The position numbers and the translations under genes were made by a program. A stretch of 64,000 nucleotides of DNA. Source: Vairimorpha necatrix. Its lineage: Eukaryota. Of this stretch, positions 25,140 to 36,991 are shown in pieces. Location: contig CP142737.1 of the NCBI GenBank assembly GCA_036630325.1, forward strand, positions 310,001 to 374,000, read 5' to 3'. The notes under the pieces are model-generated. The model had not been told where the DNA came from. It saw nothing but the letters and a program-made list of their open reading frames with translations, and did not search any database. How positions within the stretch are numbered: the first letter of the stretch is position 1; each line of letters opens with the position of its first letter.

Positions 25140-25172
25140 AATTGGGGTTTAATATTATTACTGATTATAACA
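25124..25172 (-). repeat. 5' LTR (49 bp) containing CCCC motif and Gag ATG
   Basis: Identical to 22031-22079; ATG at 25139 lies inside it; followed directly by the PBS. Confidence 0.9.
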
Positions 25173-25819
25173 CATAATAAAAAAATTTTGGTCAAAATGT
25201 TATGTATCAAAATGGAATTTATCTTAACATGTTTAAAATTCTAAATTATAAAATATATATATATTTTATGCCAGGATTGATGTTCCTTAAAGAAAGTTGT
25301 ATGTTTACCACTTAACATGTAAACTTAAGTTCCAAACTCTAAATAAAAACCAAGAGCAAAAAAATTGGGCGTCAGAAAAATTCATATAATTTTGAAAAAA
25401 TATTGTATATTTACATTTATTTTATAGTTTTGTTTTCCTTTCTTTGTAGGCTGTCAAACTATAATTGACATAAGAATATATGATTTGTTATCTTATAGAC
25501 AGATGATGTATCAAAGACCTAAGGTATCTAAATACAGCCTAAACCATGTGCAAGAATATTTTGCTATTTTATGTATGTGTTAAAAAAAAGCTAAAGTCAA
25601 TATCTCGTAAAACATGGCAAAAAATTAAAATTTGTAAACTATTATCTTTATAAAATACTTATGTAGATTTGATAATCATAAATGCCCTACTCTCGTAAAC
25701 TAGTCATATTTTTTATTTTAATATATTGTAGACATGATATCATTGCATTTCTTTTAATAGGCACCTGTCAATCATATTAAAAATTTTAAGGTTTAAATTA
25801 GTTTTTTCTCCCCATTTAA

Positions 25820-26962
25820 ATGAATACATTTAATAACATGATGCTAGATATATCTAACACTATGTTTTATGGGCTTTTACAAGAATCAGAAAATACACTT
25901 GTCTTCTCTCCGTTGTCGGTTATTAATTTACTTTGGTTGTATTACAACGGATCTGAAAATCTAAAAGACAGAAATGAATATGATTTAAAATCTTATAATC
26001 GAGAATTTAAAGATTTAAATGAAAAAATTTGCAATATTTTTGAAAGTACTCATTGGTATAAAAAACAATCCAAAGGATTTGTGTACATAAATAATTTCGT
26101 ATTTTACAACAAAGACCTGAAACTTATAGATAAAGAAATTTTTACGTCGACAAATGTTAAATTACAAGAATTTAAACAAGGCATTAAGGCAAAGACTTTA
26201 TCAAAACTAATAAAACGAACAGTGAATAAAACCACCAAATGGAAGATAAACGAAATTTTGAATATCAAAAATAATGTGTTAACTGCAAAAAATTTGAATA
26301 CTGCACAATATAAAAGTGTCTGGAAAACATTTTTCTCAAATGTGCTAGTACATGAAAATTTTTATATCAGGGAAAATAAAATAATAAAAATTCAAATGAT
26401 GCAAAAAAAAGACAAAATGTTAGTATTAGACACAAATGATTTTATAGCAGTTGGTGTGTCATTAAATATAGCAAATTTGAAATTTGTCGCAGTACTTCCT
26501 AAAAATAATAAAAAGCTACAAGATATTCATTATGAAATAAATAAAGATAACATTTATGGACTTCATGATATGATGGCAAAAGCAGAGAGGAATATTGTAA
26601 ATCTTAAAATGCCTAAATTTACAGTAGAATCAAAATTTGATATTTTTAAAGAAATGAAAACAGAGGCTATTGGAAATAAAGCAGAATTTACAGATTTGTT
26701 AGAAAGCTTTTTAAAGTCTGAAAATGACTATGAACACGTCGCAATGGTTGATATTAACGAACAAGGCGTTAAAGAGAAAGATTCATCATCAGATATGTCA
26801 GACGACGACGAAGAAGAACTAAAAGAAATAATATTGAACAGACCATTTTTATTTTATATAGTTGATTCAGTTTTTGTTAATCTTGGTTTATCTAGATCTG
26901 TCTATACACCAATATTTATGGGAAAATATTCGGGTAATAATAACGAAAAAAATTTGCTTTAA
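25820..26962 (+). CDS. Serpin family protein (380 aa)
   Basis: VFSPLS, MMQK, AVLPK, MPKFTVES, LNRPFLFYI, FMGKY; CCCC upstream. Confidence 0.9.
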   Translation: MNTFNNMMLDISNTMFYGLLQESENTLVFSPLSVINLLWLYYNGSENLKDRNEYDLKSYNREFKDLNEKICNIFESTHWYKKQSKGFVYINNFVFYNKDLKLIDKEIFTSTNVKLQEFKQGIKAKTLSKLIKRTVNKTTKWKINEILNIKNNVLTAKNLNTAQYKSVWKTFFSNVLVHENFYIRENKIIKIQMMQKKDKMLVLDTNDFIAVGVSLNIANLKFVAVLPKNNKKLQDIHYEINKDNIYGLHDMMAKAERNIVNLKMPKFTVESKFDIFKEMKTEAIGNKAEFTDLLESFLKSENDYEHVAMVDINEQGVKEKDSSSDMSDDDEEELKEIILNRPFLFYIVDSVFVNLGLSRSVYTPIFMGKYSGNNNEKNLL

Positions 26963-28070
26963 TTAAAATAAAAATCATCAATTAAAGATTTTTACTAATT
27001 TTTACTTTATATAGAATTTTTTTTAAATAATAATTATCAATACCTATATTATTAATTAGTTTATATTTGTAATATTGTTAATTATATCTTGTTTGTTAAT
27101 ACATAATGAACTTATACATAAAGAACATATCATTAGAATTTATTATTGTTTTAATAAACAAAATATTCGGCATTTTAAATTTTTTTCACAAAATTACTAC
27201 ATGCACATAAAACACATTGTCACTCGTAGTGGGAGATGCTCTACTAGCTGCTAGCCGGATTTAAATAATTTACATTTAAAAGCAGTAGATGTTTTATTAT
27301 TTTTAATCGCTTGGCATAGATCTGGAAAAAATCACTTTGATAGTTTATTTCTAATAGGCGTTATTAATCTTATAAATACGTCTATCATATGCAATTTCTC
27401 AGATTATGACATAACATGCAACAAACACTTTATGATTAGTCATCTGTCTGTTGATGATGACGAATTTGTTTGTGTCGATGGCTCAGTCGCATTGAAATAT
27501 GTTGATCATTTTCAAATATGCACAGAAAATATATTTCTTGCATTAAATATTAATATTATCATTTCATAATCATATTATACCGTAAATTTTAATGTATCAA
27601 TGAACAAGAATAATTTAATTTAACACAAGTCATAACTTATGAAAAAAACTTACGTATTATAAAAAAATCTTTGATTTTATGTATAATTACAATACAAATT
27701 ATTGCGATAAATAAAAGGTTTATTTCATATCTACAAACCTTTGCGTTGGTTAGAATGTATGTGTACTTGAATATATAAGAAAAGTGTAGTATATACGGAA
27801 AATTATCTGTAATTGAGTGCATTAATATTTCCTTAAAAACATTTATTGGTTTTAATTTTAGATTGACAATTTCGCGTAATTTATTTAATATTGATATTTG
27901 GCGGGGGTTCATAGAAGTTAATTTTTTTGCAATAAGTAAATATATAACTTACTTAAACAGATTTTTTGCTTTCATAAAAATATTACAATTTATTTATTAA
28001 AAGTTTACAGTTATCTGTCAAATATGTTGATATACTCAAAAAGTATAAACTTTTTTCTTACCCTCATTAA

Positions 28071-29221
28071 ATGTATAATTTAAATAATATGATGCTAGAT
28101 ATCTCTAACAATATCTTCATTCAATTACTACAAGAATCAGACAATACATTTGTTTTTTCTCCTTTGTCTATTATTAATTTGCTCTGGATATATTTTAATG
28201 GATTTGGTAATGTATCTAATAATAAAAAATCAATGTTCCTTGAACTTGACATATGTAGAAAATCATACAATAAAGAATTTCATAATCTATTTCATAATCT
28301 TTCCGATATTTTTGAAAAAACCAATTGGTATAATAAAAAATCGGGAGGGTTTTTGTACCTCAAAAACTTTGTTTTTTGCAACAAAGATCTAAATCTAACT
28401 CGCGATTTTCATAAAATGATTAGCAAGTCTCCGTATGTAAAAATTCAAGAATTTTTTAATGTATTGAAAAATGATGAAATATCTCAACTAATAAATCTTA
28501 CAATAAATAAGTATACTAAATTTAAGTTAAACAATATACCTAGTACAATACAGGACAAGTTAAACCCAAAATTGGTGAATACTGTTTTATACAAATGTAT
28601 TTGGAAATCTTCATTACAAATAAATTAGTAAATGAAAATTTTTATATTAATAAAAACCAAATTATTAAAATACCAATGATACAGAAGATAGAAAAAATGT
28701 TTGAAATAGAAACTACCGAGTTTCAAATGGTTCAATTATCGTGTTCTATTAAAAACCTAAGTTTTGTAGCTGTACTTCCTAAAAAATATAATTTGAAAGA
28801 TATTCACAATTTGATTTTAAAAAATAGCAGAGGTGCACTGTTTAACATAATGTTAAAAACTAAAAAACATTTTGTAAGTCTTAAAATACCAAAATTTAAA
28901 GTGGAGTCGAAAGTTGATATTATTAAAGAAATGAAAACGGATGCTGTTAAAAAAGTACTGAGAAATAACCAACAATTTCTCATATTATCGAATAAATTTT
29001 TGGAATCTCAAAATGATTATGAGCATGTTGCTATGGTTGATATCAACGAAGAAAGAGAAAAAAAATCTAAAAATTTTTATAAAACTAAAAAGATCAAAGA
29101 GGTAATATTTAATAGACCTTTTTTGTTTTATGTTATTAAACATGTTAGGTTAGATAATTATTCGCATTTGAATTCTTTTATACCTTGTTTAATGGGAAGA
29201 TATACAGGCAATGAGAACTAA
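28071..29221 (+). pseudogene. Serpin with single frameshift
   Basis: Two overlapping ORFs (28071-28628, 28595-29221) encode the N- and C-terminal halves. The total of 1151 nt is 1 nt short of a reading frame, with the break near 28605 (ATTTGGAAATCTTC). Confidence 0.85.
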
Positions 29222-30138
29222 AAACATAAATCAACTAACCGCTTTATAAATTAAGCATGAGGAAGTTGCGTAAAAAATAATCGAAGTCCTCAAAAACTTT
29301 AGAATGGCAAATTAAAAACAAGTAATAAACTTATATTTTTACAATGTTTCTCATATATGATATTTAGTACAAACAAACTCATTTGAAATCATATTATGAA
29401 AAAATTGCACATATAGGCCGTGTATTGGTAATTTTTTATTATATATAAATTATTTAAGTTTTAATTTATCTCCAGACTAAACAATATTTTTGTACTACTC
29501 CAAAAAATATATAGATTCTCTCAGAATGATTTATAGTTGTTATTCGTATCAATTCAATGTAATTTAACGCATTAATATTTAAAAATAAGCTTTGATTGGG
29601 ATATATATTTCTAGTTCATTAAAATTTGAATCTAGATAATTATACTAGAATATATTTGTAAATACGATCGCACCTTTTCTATTTCCGCCGCTATGAAAAT
29701 TGTTTAATATTCAAAATTGAGATATTAATAGTTCCAATCAAATGAAATGTATAAATTTGTTTTTTAAAATAAATGATATGATTCTGACTAAGTTATATTA
29801 TATATTTTGCCATGCAAATTGTGAAATATGCTGATGATAGTTTGTAATTATTGATTTTAGACTATTATAAAAAGTCCTCTTAACGAAAATGTTTGCAATG
29901 ATTGATTAAAAATTTGTGATATAATTTGATTAATAATTACTGATACAAATTGATTAATAATATGTGCTATAAATTGATTAATAATTTGTGATAAATTGAT
30001 AGACTTTAAACACACGAATGCGTTATCATTTTTCTATACATAAAATCGTCATCATAAATGCTATTAAATACCTGCAACGTCGAGTTATCATCTTATTTAT
30101 ACACAGACAATATTAGTACTGTTTACTTAGATTGTTAA

Positions 30139-30209
30139 GGGGCCATAGCTCAGTGGTAGAGCGGCTGCTTTGCAAGCAGTGTGCCCGGGTTCGATTCCCG
30201 GTTGCTCCA
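30139..30209 (+). tRNA. tRNA-Ala(TGC)
   Basis: Cloverleaf with loop TTTGCAA, G3:U70, C6-U67 mismatch; T5 terminator immediately downstream. Confidence 0.93.
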
Positions 30210-30305
30210 CTTTTTGTATCAGTTATATCCCACTCTTTTCTTCTTACATTGTTCAATACATGTTTTATGTTTTTTAATAAATTATTTATGAATTAAAATC
30301 TTTTT

Positions 30306-30581
30306 TTATTGTACGTTAAACAGTGTTATAACACCTATAATAAATAAATAGACACACGAGTATTCTTTTAAGATATCAATAAATGTAAGATCTGATTTTT
30401 TTAGCATTTTATGAATATCTTTGCTCTTACAATGTTCTTCTTCAAGATTGAACAATACTTGTCCGTTGATATACTTTAGCCCTACTTGTTTGTCTAGATT
30501 TAATTCTGATGTGGTGATCTCGTTTTCTTTCTTTATATTTGATGCTGTTGATAGACTTAATAATAAAAGATAGTAATTCAT
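30306..30581 (-). CDS. Small hypothetical protein, signal peptide plus C-terminal hydrophobic segment
   Basis: CCCC before ATG; MNYYLLLLSLSTA signal-like N-terminus; C-terminal CVYLFIIGVITLF. Confidence 0.65.
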   Translation of the reverse strand: MNYYLLLLSLSTASNIKKENEITTSELNLDKQVGLKYINGQVLFNLEEEHCKSKDIHKMLKKSDLTFIDILKEYSCVYLFIIGVITLFNVQ

Positions 30582-31045
30582 TGGGGATTTAAAAGTTAAA
30601 ATTTTTTATATTGAAAGCTTGTGAAAAGATTCTAAATATATAAGCAATATGTACTAGTATATTAATGATATAAAAGAAAACTTTATATGTTTTTTAATAC
30701 ATTAATCATGCGCTGCTAGAAAAGTCTCAATTAAGATAAGATAAAATTTTTAGAAGAAAAATTGTTTTTTTAAAAATAGTTCATTAACTCCCTATGTTAT
30801 CTAAAATTGAGACTATTTATATCAAATGCAATATTAAATATCATAGTAGAAAAAAAATAGATAAAATTTAAGGATAGATTTATATATTTGGAATTTCACA
30901 TAAGTGTTCTAGCAACTTCTTCAATCGGCCTTTCTTTAGCTCCTATCGTCTTCCGGTCCCAATATAGATCCCTTTTTTCTCCGGCTGTAGATCGTCAGGC
31001 TTCCGATCTCATAATTCAAAAAAATAAATATTTTTATAAAATTTT

Positions 31046-31116
31046 TGGAGCCACCAGGAATCGAACCCGGGCACACTGCATGCAAAGCAGCCGCTCTACC
31101 CCTGAGCTATGGCCCC
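31046..31116 (-). tRNA. tRNA-Ala(TGC)
   Basis: GGGGCCA...GCTGC TTTGCAT GCAGT...CCGGG TTCGATT CCTGG TGGCTCC A; G3:U70. Confidence 0.95.
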
Positions 31117-31278
31117 ATGCAAATATAAATAATATGTGTTATATAAATAAAAGAATAAATCAAAGTTACATATAAAAAATGATGCTGTGCATACATTTTT
31201 CCAATTTAAACTCCTTTTTAAATAGATAAAGTCTTATATTAAACTAGTTTTTTATTTTTGTTCCTTCCTCCCCTTTTT

Positions 31279-31530
31279 ATGACCAGAGATCTTCAAGTCG
31301 AGGAGTCCAAAATCCTCAGTAAATTTGGTATGTTAAAAATCAATGAATTAGAAGATGTGAAGAAAGTGAATTTCAGTTTAAAAAAAGGGAAGTTTTTTAT
31401 TGAGAATCCTAAAGTTTATGAGTTTGAGGAGACTGACTCAGTTTTGATCTTAGGGGATCCTAAGCAAGTTCTTGATCTTGAGTTTCTTAAGAAAATGTAT
31501 TCTGAAAAAATGAAGAACATAAAGAAATAA
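31279..31530 (+). CDS. EGD2: Nascent polypeptide-associated complex subunit alpha-like (NAC domain only)
   Basis: KILSKFGM...VKKVNF...FFIENPKVY...DSVLILGDPK matches the NAC domain pattern; ATG 31279 follows CCCC; no UBA tail. Confidence 0.7.
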   Translation: MTRDLQVEESKILSKFGMLKINELEDVKKVNFSLKKGKFFIENPKVYEFEETDSVLILGDPKQVLDLEFLKKMYSEKMKNIKK

Positions 31531-31614
31531 AATAATAATATAAATCTTCTATATATATTATTGTTAGGATTAATTTATTAAATATATATTCTCAACAATA
31601 TAAATTTATTTTTT

Positions 31615-33040
<1,426 letters not shown>

Positions 33041-33283
33041 AAATAAAGAAACATTTCTTAAAAAACAATTTGTCTATTTTATAAGTATAAAATAATATCT
33101 AAACTTAGTACTTTATATATGACTTAAAAAAATAGCATACAATTTTATCTAATATAACTCTATTTTATTTTTAGTATATAAATTAAAACTTTATTTTTAA
33201 TATAAACAAAACTACATGTTATTATACTACGGATATTTATTACTACAAATTTAATATTGAAAATAGAATATAAATGTTATTAT

Positions 33284-33380
33284 ACTACATATATTTAATA
33301 ACTACATATATTTAATAACTATATATATTTAATAACTACATATATTTAATAACTACATATATTTAATAACTACATATATT
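33284..33380. repeat. Minisatellite, 17-bp unit ACTACATATATTTAATA x ~5.7
   Basis: Units start at 33284, 33301, 33318, 33335, 33352 and 33369 (partial). Confidence 0.9.
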
Positions 33381-33403
33381 CAAATAATAAAAAAAATAAA
33401 CAT

Positions 33404-35392
33404 TTATTTAAGAATTAAATCCAAAATGTAAAAAAGACATGCAAAGAAACATCGATCAGCAAAATGGAAATAAAAACTCATACTATCAAACTCCCACCAC
33501 GTAACAGCAAAAACGCACAACAAACTGAACAAATTTAAATACTTAATAACCCCACTCTTCTTAATTAGAGACCTACTATATGTAAAATAAAATATACCAG
33601 GAATAAGACTATCAATCACAGAAGGGGAATCAGTAAAAGTGTAAGCAACAGAAAAATCAATAGATTTTATCGACTTATCTCCACCTATTAAATTTAAAAC
33701 TGAAAAAGTAGTAAAAACATCAAGACTGAGATAAGGAAGACAAAGAAGACAAATATTAAATTTAGGATTGTAAATTAACAAAGACATGACAGAAAAAGAC
33801 GGGTATAAAGAAATGAGCTCTCTGGAATTGGAAGAAAAAAAAGACGGGAAGAAATCTTTAAGAAGACTCAAAATAATAAAAAACGAAAAATTCTTATTTT
33901 TATATTGTAAACATATAAAAATTAAACAAAGATAGAAGAAAATGTCAAAAATGGCGCCTGTTTTGTTGTGTAAGAAATATAAAAATATAAAAGGAATATT
34001 TTTGGGAGACTTATTACAAATTAAAAAAACTAGTATCCAAATTAAAATCTCATTTTTGATAGCTCCAACAGAATGAGAAACCATTATAATACTGAAAACG
34101 AGTACTAAACATCTTAAAATATCAAATATTAATAATTTCTGTCGTGTCAAATATGTTTTACAATATGAAAAAGTGTTTACCAGTAAATACATGGCCAATA
34201 TCAAATACAAAACAAAACTAATAATTAGGTAGGTCGTGTTCATTCCAGAAAATTCATTATAAATATCTTGACTTAAAACATAATGAGCTTTAAAAACACC
34301 ATCACTTTCTAAAAATACCTCTTGTTTTTTATTTAACATTTTACATTTCTGATTGTAAAACATATTCTCAAAAGAGTTATCATTTACAAGTTCAGGTATC
34401 AAATTTCCATATGTATTGTACGGTACACAAATACCAAGTAAATAACAAATAGTTGGTAAAATGTCATCTTGATGAACAATATTACACTTTTGTGTGTCTA
34501 CACGATTAGAATAGGATTTATTAGTTAAATCATATTTTTTACTTATAAAATTTTTACGTATAAAATTTTTTTTTTCTGATACTTTGTAAATTGGTATAGG
34601 TTTTTTAGAAATTATAGATACAAATGAAGACATTTCATGTGAACTTGTGCCGCCATGTTCTCCTTGATCAGTTACGCCATGATCACTTGTAAGAACTAAT
34701 AATGTGTCAGTGTCCATTTTTTTATATATTTTGTCTATCATATCATCAAATCTAAGTAGAGAATTTTTAAGATCAGAATGCATGTTTGATTTATGAATGT
34801 GTCCAAATGAGTCTAGAGATATTAAATGGCATAGAATAGCTTTATCGACACCTATTCTGTCTAATAAATTATCAATTGATAGGTTTTCATTTTTTATTAA
34901 ATCAGTTTTCGAGTACGGGTCAAAAGCGAAATGCGGGCATTTGGACAAAACAGGACACAAAGATAGCCACGTTGAGTCACCAAAAAATGATATTTTACCA
35001 TCGTATTTTTTATACATTTGGTTGACCAAATTATCAATATAAATTTCAGACCTTAAAAAAGTTTTACTGCCTTCTAAGAAGTTTGAAGGTGTTCCTGTCA
35101 ATAATCCTGTTATTCTACAAGTAGTAGAAGTTGGAATGCCGCAAACACTTAAGGCTTCAAATTTGTGAGGTAAAGAGTAATATTTCAACATGGTGTTATG
35201 AAGATAATGAGAAGGAGTGTGGAGATTGTTGAGAATGTAATCGTATCTTAGAGCGTCTAAGACGATGTAAATGACGGAATTGTATTTGGGAGTAGATGAT
35301 AATTGAGATGTTTCTGGACTAAAGGTTACTCTTTTAAAAATGCCATTTAAGAAAGAGAAAATGATAAGAAGAGAAAGGCTTTTATAAAGCAT
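33404..35392 (-). CDS. GPI13: GPI ethanolamine phosphate transferase (PIG-O/Gpi13 or PIG-G/Gpi7 type)
   Basis: IVLDALRYD, PTSTTCRI..LLTG, FFGDSTW, LDSFGH, TSDHG..DQGEHGG, VHQDDILPT; multi-TM C-terminus. Confidence 0.82.
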   Translation of the reverse strand: MLYKSLSLLIIFSFLNGIFKRVTFSPETSQLSSTPKYNSVIYIVLDALRYDYILNNLHTPSHYLHNTMLKYYSLPHKFEALSVCGIPTSTTCRITGLLTGTPSNFLEGSKTFLRSEIYIDNLVNQMYKKYDGKISFFGDSTWLSLCPVLSKCPHFAFDPYSKTDLIKNENLSIDNLLDRIGVDKAILCHLISLDSFGHIHKSNMHSDLKNSLLRFDDMIDKIYKKMDTDTLLVLTSDHGVTDQGEHGGTSSHEMSSFVSIISKKPIPIYKVSEKKNFIRKNFISKKYDLTNKSYSNRVDTQKCNIVHQDDILPTICYLLGICVPYNTYGNLIPELVNDNSFENMFYNQKCKMLNKKQEVFLESDGVFKAHYVLSQDIYNEFSGMNTTYLIISFVLYLILAMYLLVNTFSYCKTYLTRQKLLIFDILRCLVLVFSIIMVSHSVGAIKNEILIWILVFLICNKSPKNIPFIFLYFLHNKTGAIFDIFFYLCLIFICLQYKNKNFSFFIILSLLKDFFPSFFSSNSRELISLYPSFSVMSLLIYNPKFNICLLCLPYLSLDVFTTFSVLNLIGGDKSIKSIDFSVAYTFTDSPSVIDSLIPGIFYFTYSRSLIKKSGVIKYLNLFSLLCVFAVTWWEFDSMSFYFHFADRCFFACLFYILDLILK

Positions 35393-35911
35393 TGTATGGG
35401 GTAAAGGGACAAATATATTAAATGATTTGTCATTTTCATCAAAACTTCAAATTTTAATAAAGAAATTTAAATGAGTTTTAAGATTTTAATAATATTAGAA
35501 ATTACGAAAAAAATAAAAATCTTCAAATAATTGACATGCTCATAAAAACAAATCAAAAATATTTGTTTTAAAGATCAAGAAGCAAATTCATAATAATCTT
35601 TGATAAAATTGAGTAAAATGCTGTCATAAACAAACAAATCTAAAACACGCAAAATTATAACATATTTTGAATATAACTCTAAAGAAGACGCTAGGAAGCA
35701 TTTCTCTGGACTACCGAAGAAGAGGAGACGAAGCCGATGTGGAAAGGAATTTGGAGCCACAAAGCTACCTACAAGCAGGAGACGCTAACGCGGAACCTAC
35801 CCTTGTTAAACTATAAATATAAACAACAATAAGCTTACCCTAATTAAATTCATATTTTAAATATAACTAAAGTATATTTTTTTATCATGATTAGATTTAT
35901 TTATTTTTAAA

Positions 35912-36895
35912 TTAAAAGAACTTTCTATTATTGAATTTTGATTTTCCACTGTGAAATATTTTCTTACCTTTTTCTATCGCTGTCCCGTCCCCTTTAATTC
36001 CCCAGTCTTCTTTGTCGTCATTACATTTTTTCATATTTTCTTGTATCGTAGACATCATAATCCGCAAATCTGCGTATTTCTTGCCTTTGTAAGTGACAAT
36101 ATAATCCCTCTTGGTCGTCATAGTGACACTATCAGTCCCGTATTTCTGAGGATCTGGTCTTTTAGTCTTATCAAATTGTCTATTTGGTACTCCTTGTAGT
36201 ACATTTTTGTCGTCTTTTTTATTCTTCCAGTTTTGGTCTTTGTTGTGCCAAATTCTCATTTTTATCTTGTCAGCTGAGGCCTGCGCATCTTGAGATTGGG
36301 TCATTTCTCTGAATTCGTCCCATGGTCTAGTCTTTGGTTCGCTCGTCTCTCTGTCTTGATTAATGTCCAGGACTTTGATATTTTCTTCTAATATCTTTAA
36401 ATCTTCACTAGTGGCTTCTTTGACTGTCTCGACTTCTTTAGCAGATTCGTCAAGTGGAGCATCTTGGCAAATGTTTTCTACACAAGATTTTGAGTTATTA
36501 ATTTCTATTTTATCATCAATTTGGACTGTGCCCACAAATTTCTGTATATTCGGTCTATAAATATCGCTTATATTTTCAGTCTTAATTTCTGTATTAATAA
36601 CATTATTAATCTTCATTTCATCATTAATTTCTTTACACGCGCAATTACTAAAATATCCTTCATTCCCAGGAGACTCCATTACTGTTTTCTTATATTTGAC
36701 AAATTCTTCTTCAGAAACTGTCGTTATAGATTTAATGTATGATAAATTCACAGACAAAGATAAATACACTGTAGGACTTTCCTCATACATTGCATTTCTC
36801 ATTATAATAATATCTTTATTTTTCCATATAAATTCTGCAAATATTACAGAGTCTGGCGATTTAAGACATATTTTGATAATAAACTTACTGTCCAT
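35912..36895 (-). CDS. Hypothetical protein (possibly Lsm/Pbp1-ataxin-2-like, weak)
   Basis: Long ORF, ATG 36895 after CCC; beta-rich N-terminus, charged middle, PWDEF motif reminiscent of LsmAD WDQF. Confidence 0.6.
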   Translation of the reverse strand: MDSKFIIKICLKSPDSVIFAEFIWKNKDIIIMRNAMYEESPTVYLSLSVNLSYIKSITTVSEEEFVKYKKTVMESPGNEGYFSNCACKEINDEMKINNVINTEIKTENISDIYRPNIQKFVGTVQIDDKIEINNSKSCVENICQDAPLDESAKEVETVKEATSEDLKILEENIKVLDINQDRETSEPKTRPWDEFREMTQSQDAQASADKIKMRIWHNKDQNWKNKKDDKNVLQGVPNRQFDKTKRPDPQKYGTDSVTMTTKRDYIVTYKGKKYADLRIMMSTIQENMKKCNDDKEDWGIKGDGTAIEKGKKIFHSGKSKFNNRKFF

Positions 36896-36991
36896 ATTTT
36901 GTAAACAAGGGCTCAAATTTAAAAGAACCAGCGAAAATTTTTAATAAATAAAAAAAAAAAATAATTTTTTTTTTCTAGTTTTTTCGCCCTA

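Larger units (their letters stand above)
22031..25172 (-). mobile_element. Ty3/gypsy LTR retrotransposon with 49-bp LTRs (3142 bp)
   Basis: Identical 49-bp direct repeats at 22031-22079 and 25124-25172; 5-bp TSD CATAA (22026-30, 25173-77); PBS TGGGGGCGATACC next to the 5' LTR; PPT GGAGGGGGGA next to the 3' LTR; Gag-RT-RH-IN order. Confidence 0.93.

Noticed and set aside
33284-33380. 17-bp tandem repeat as a CRISPR array
   Set aside because: Head-to-tail units with no spacers, eukaryotic context and no cas genes; it is a minisatellite.
35830-35845. ACCCTAA as a telomerase RNA template
   Set aside because: Too short, in AT-rich context, with no supporting pseudoknot or boundary element visible.
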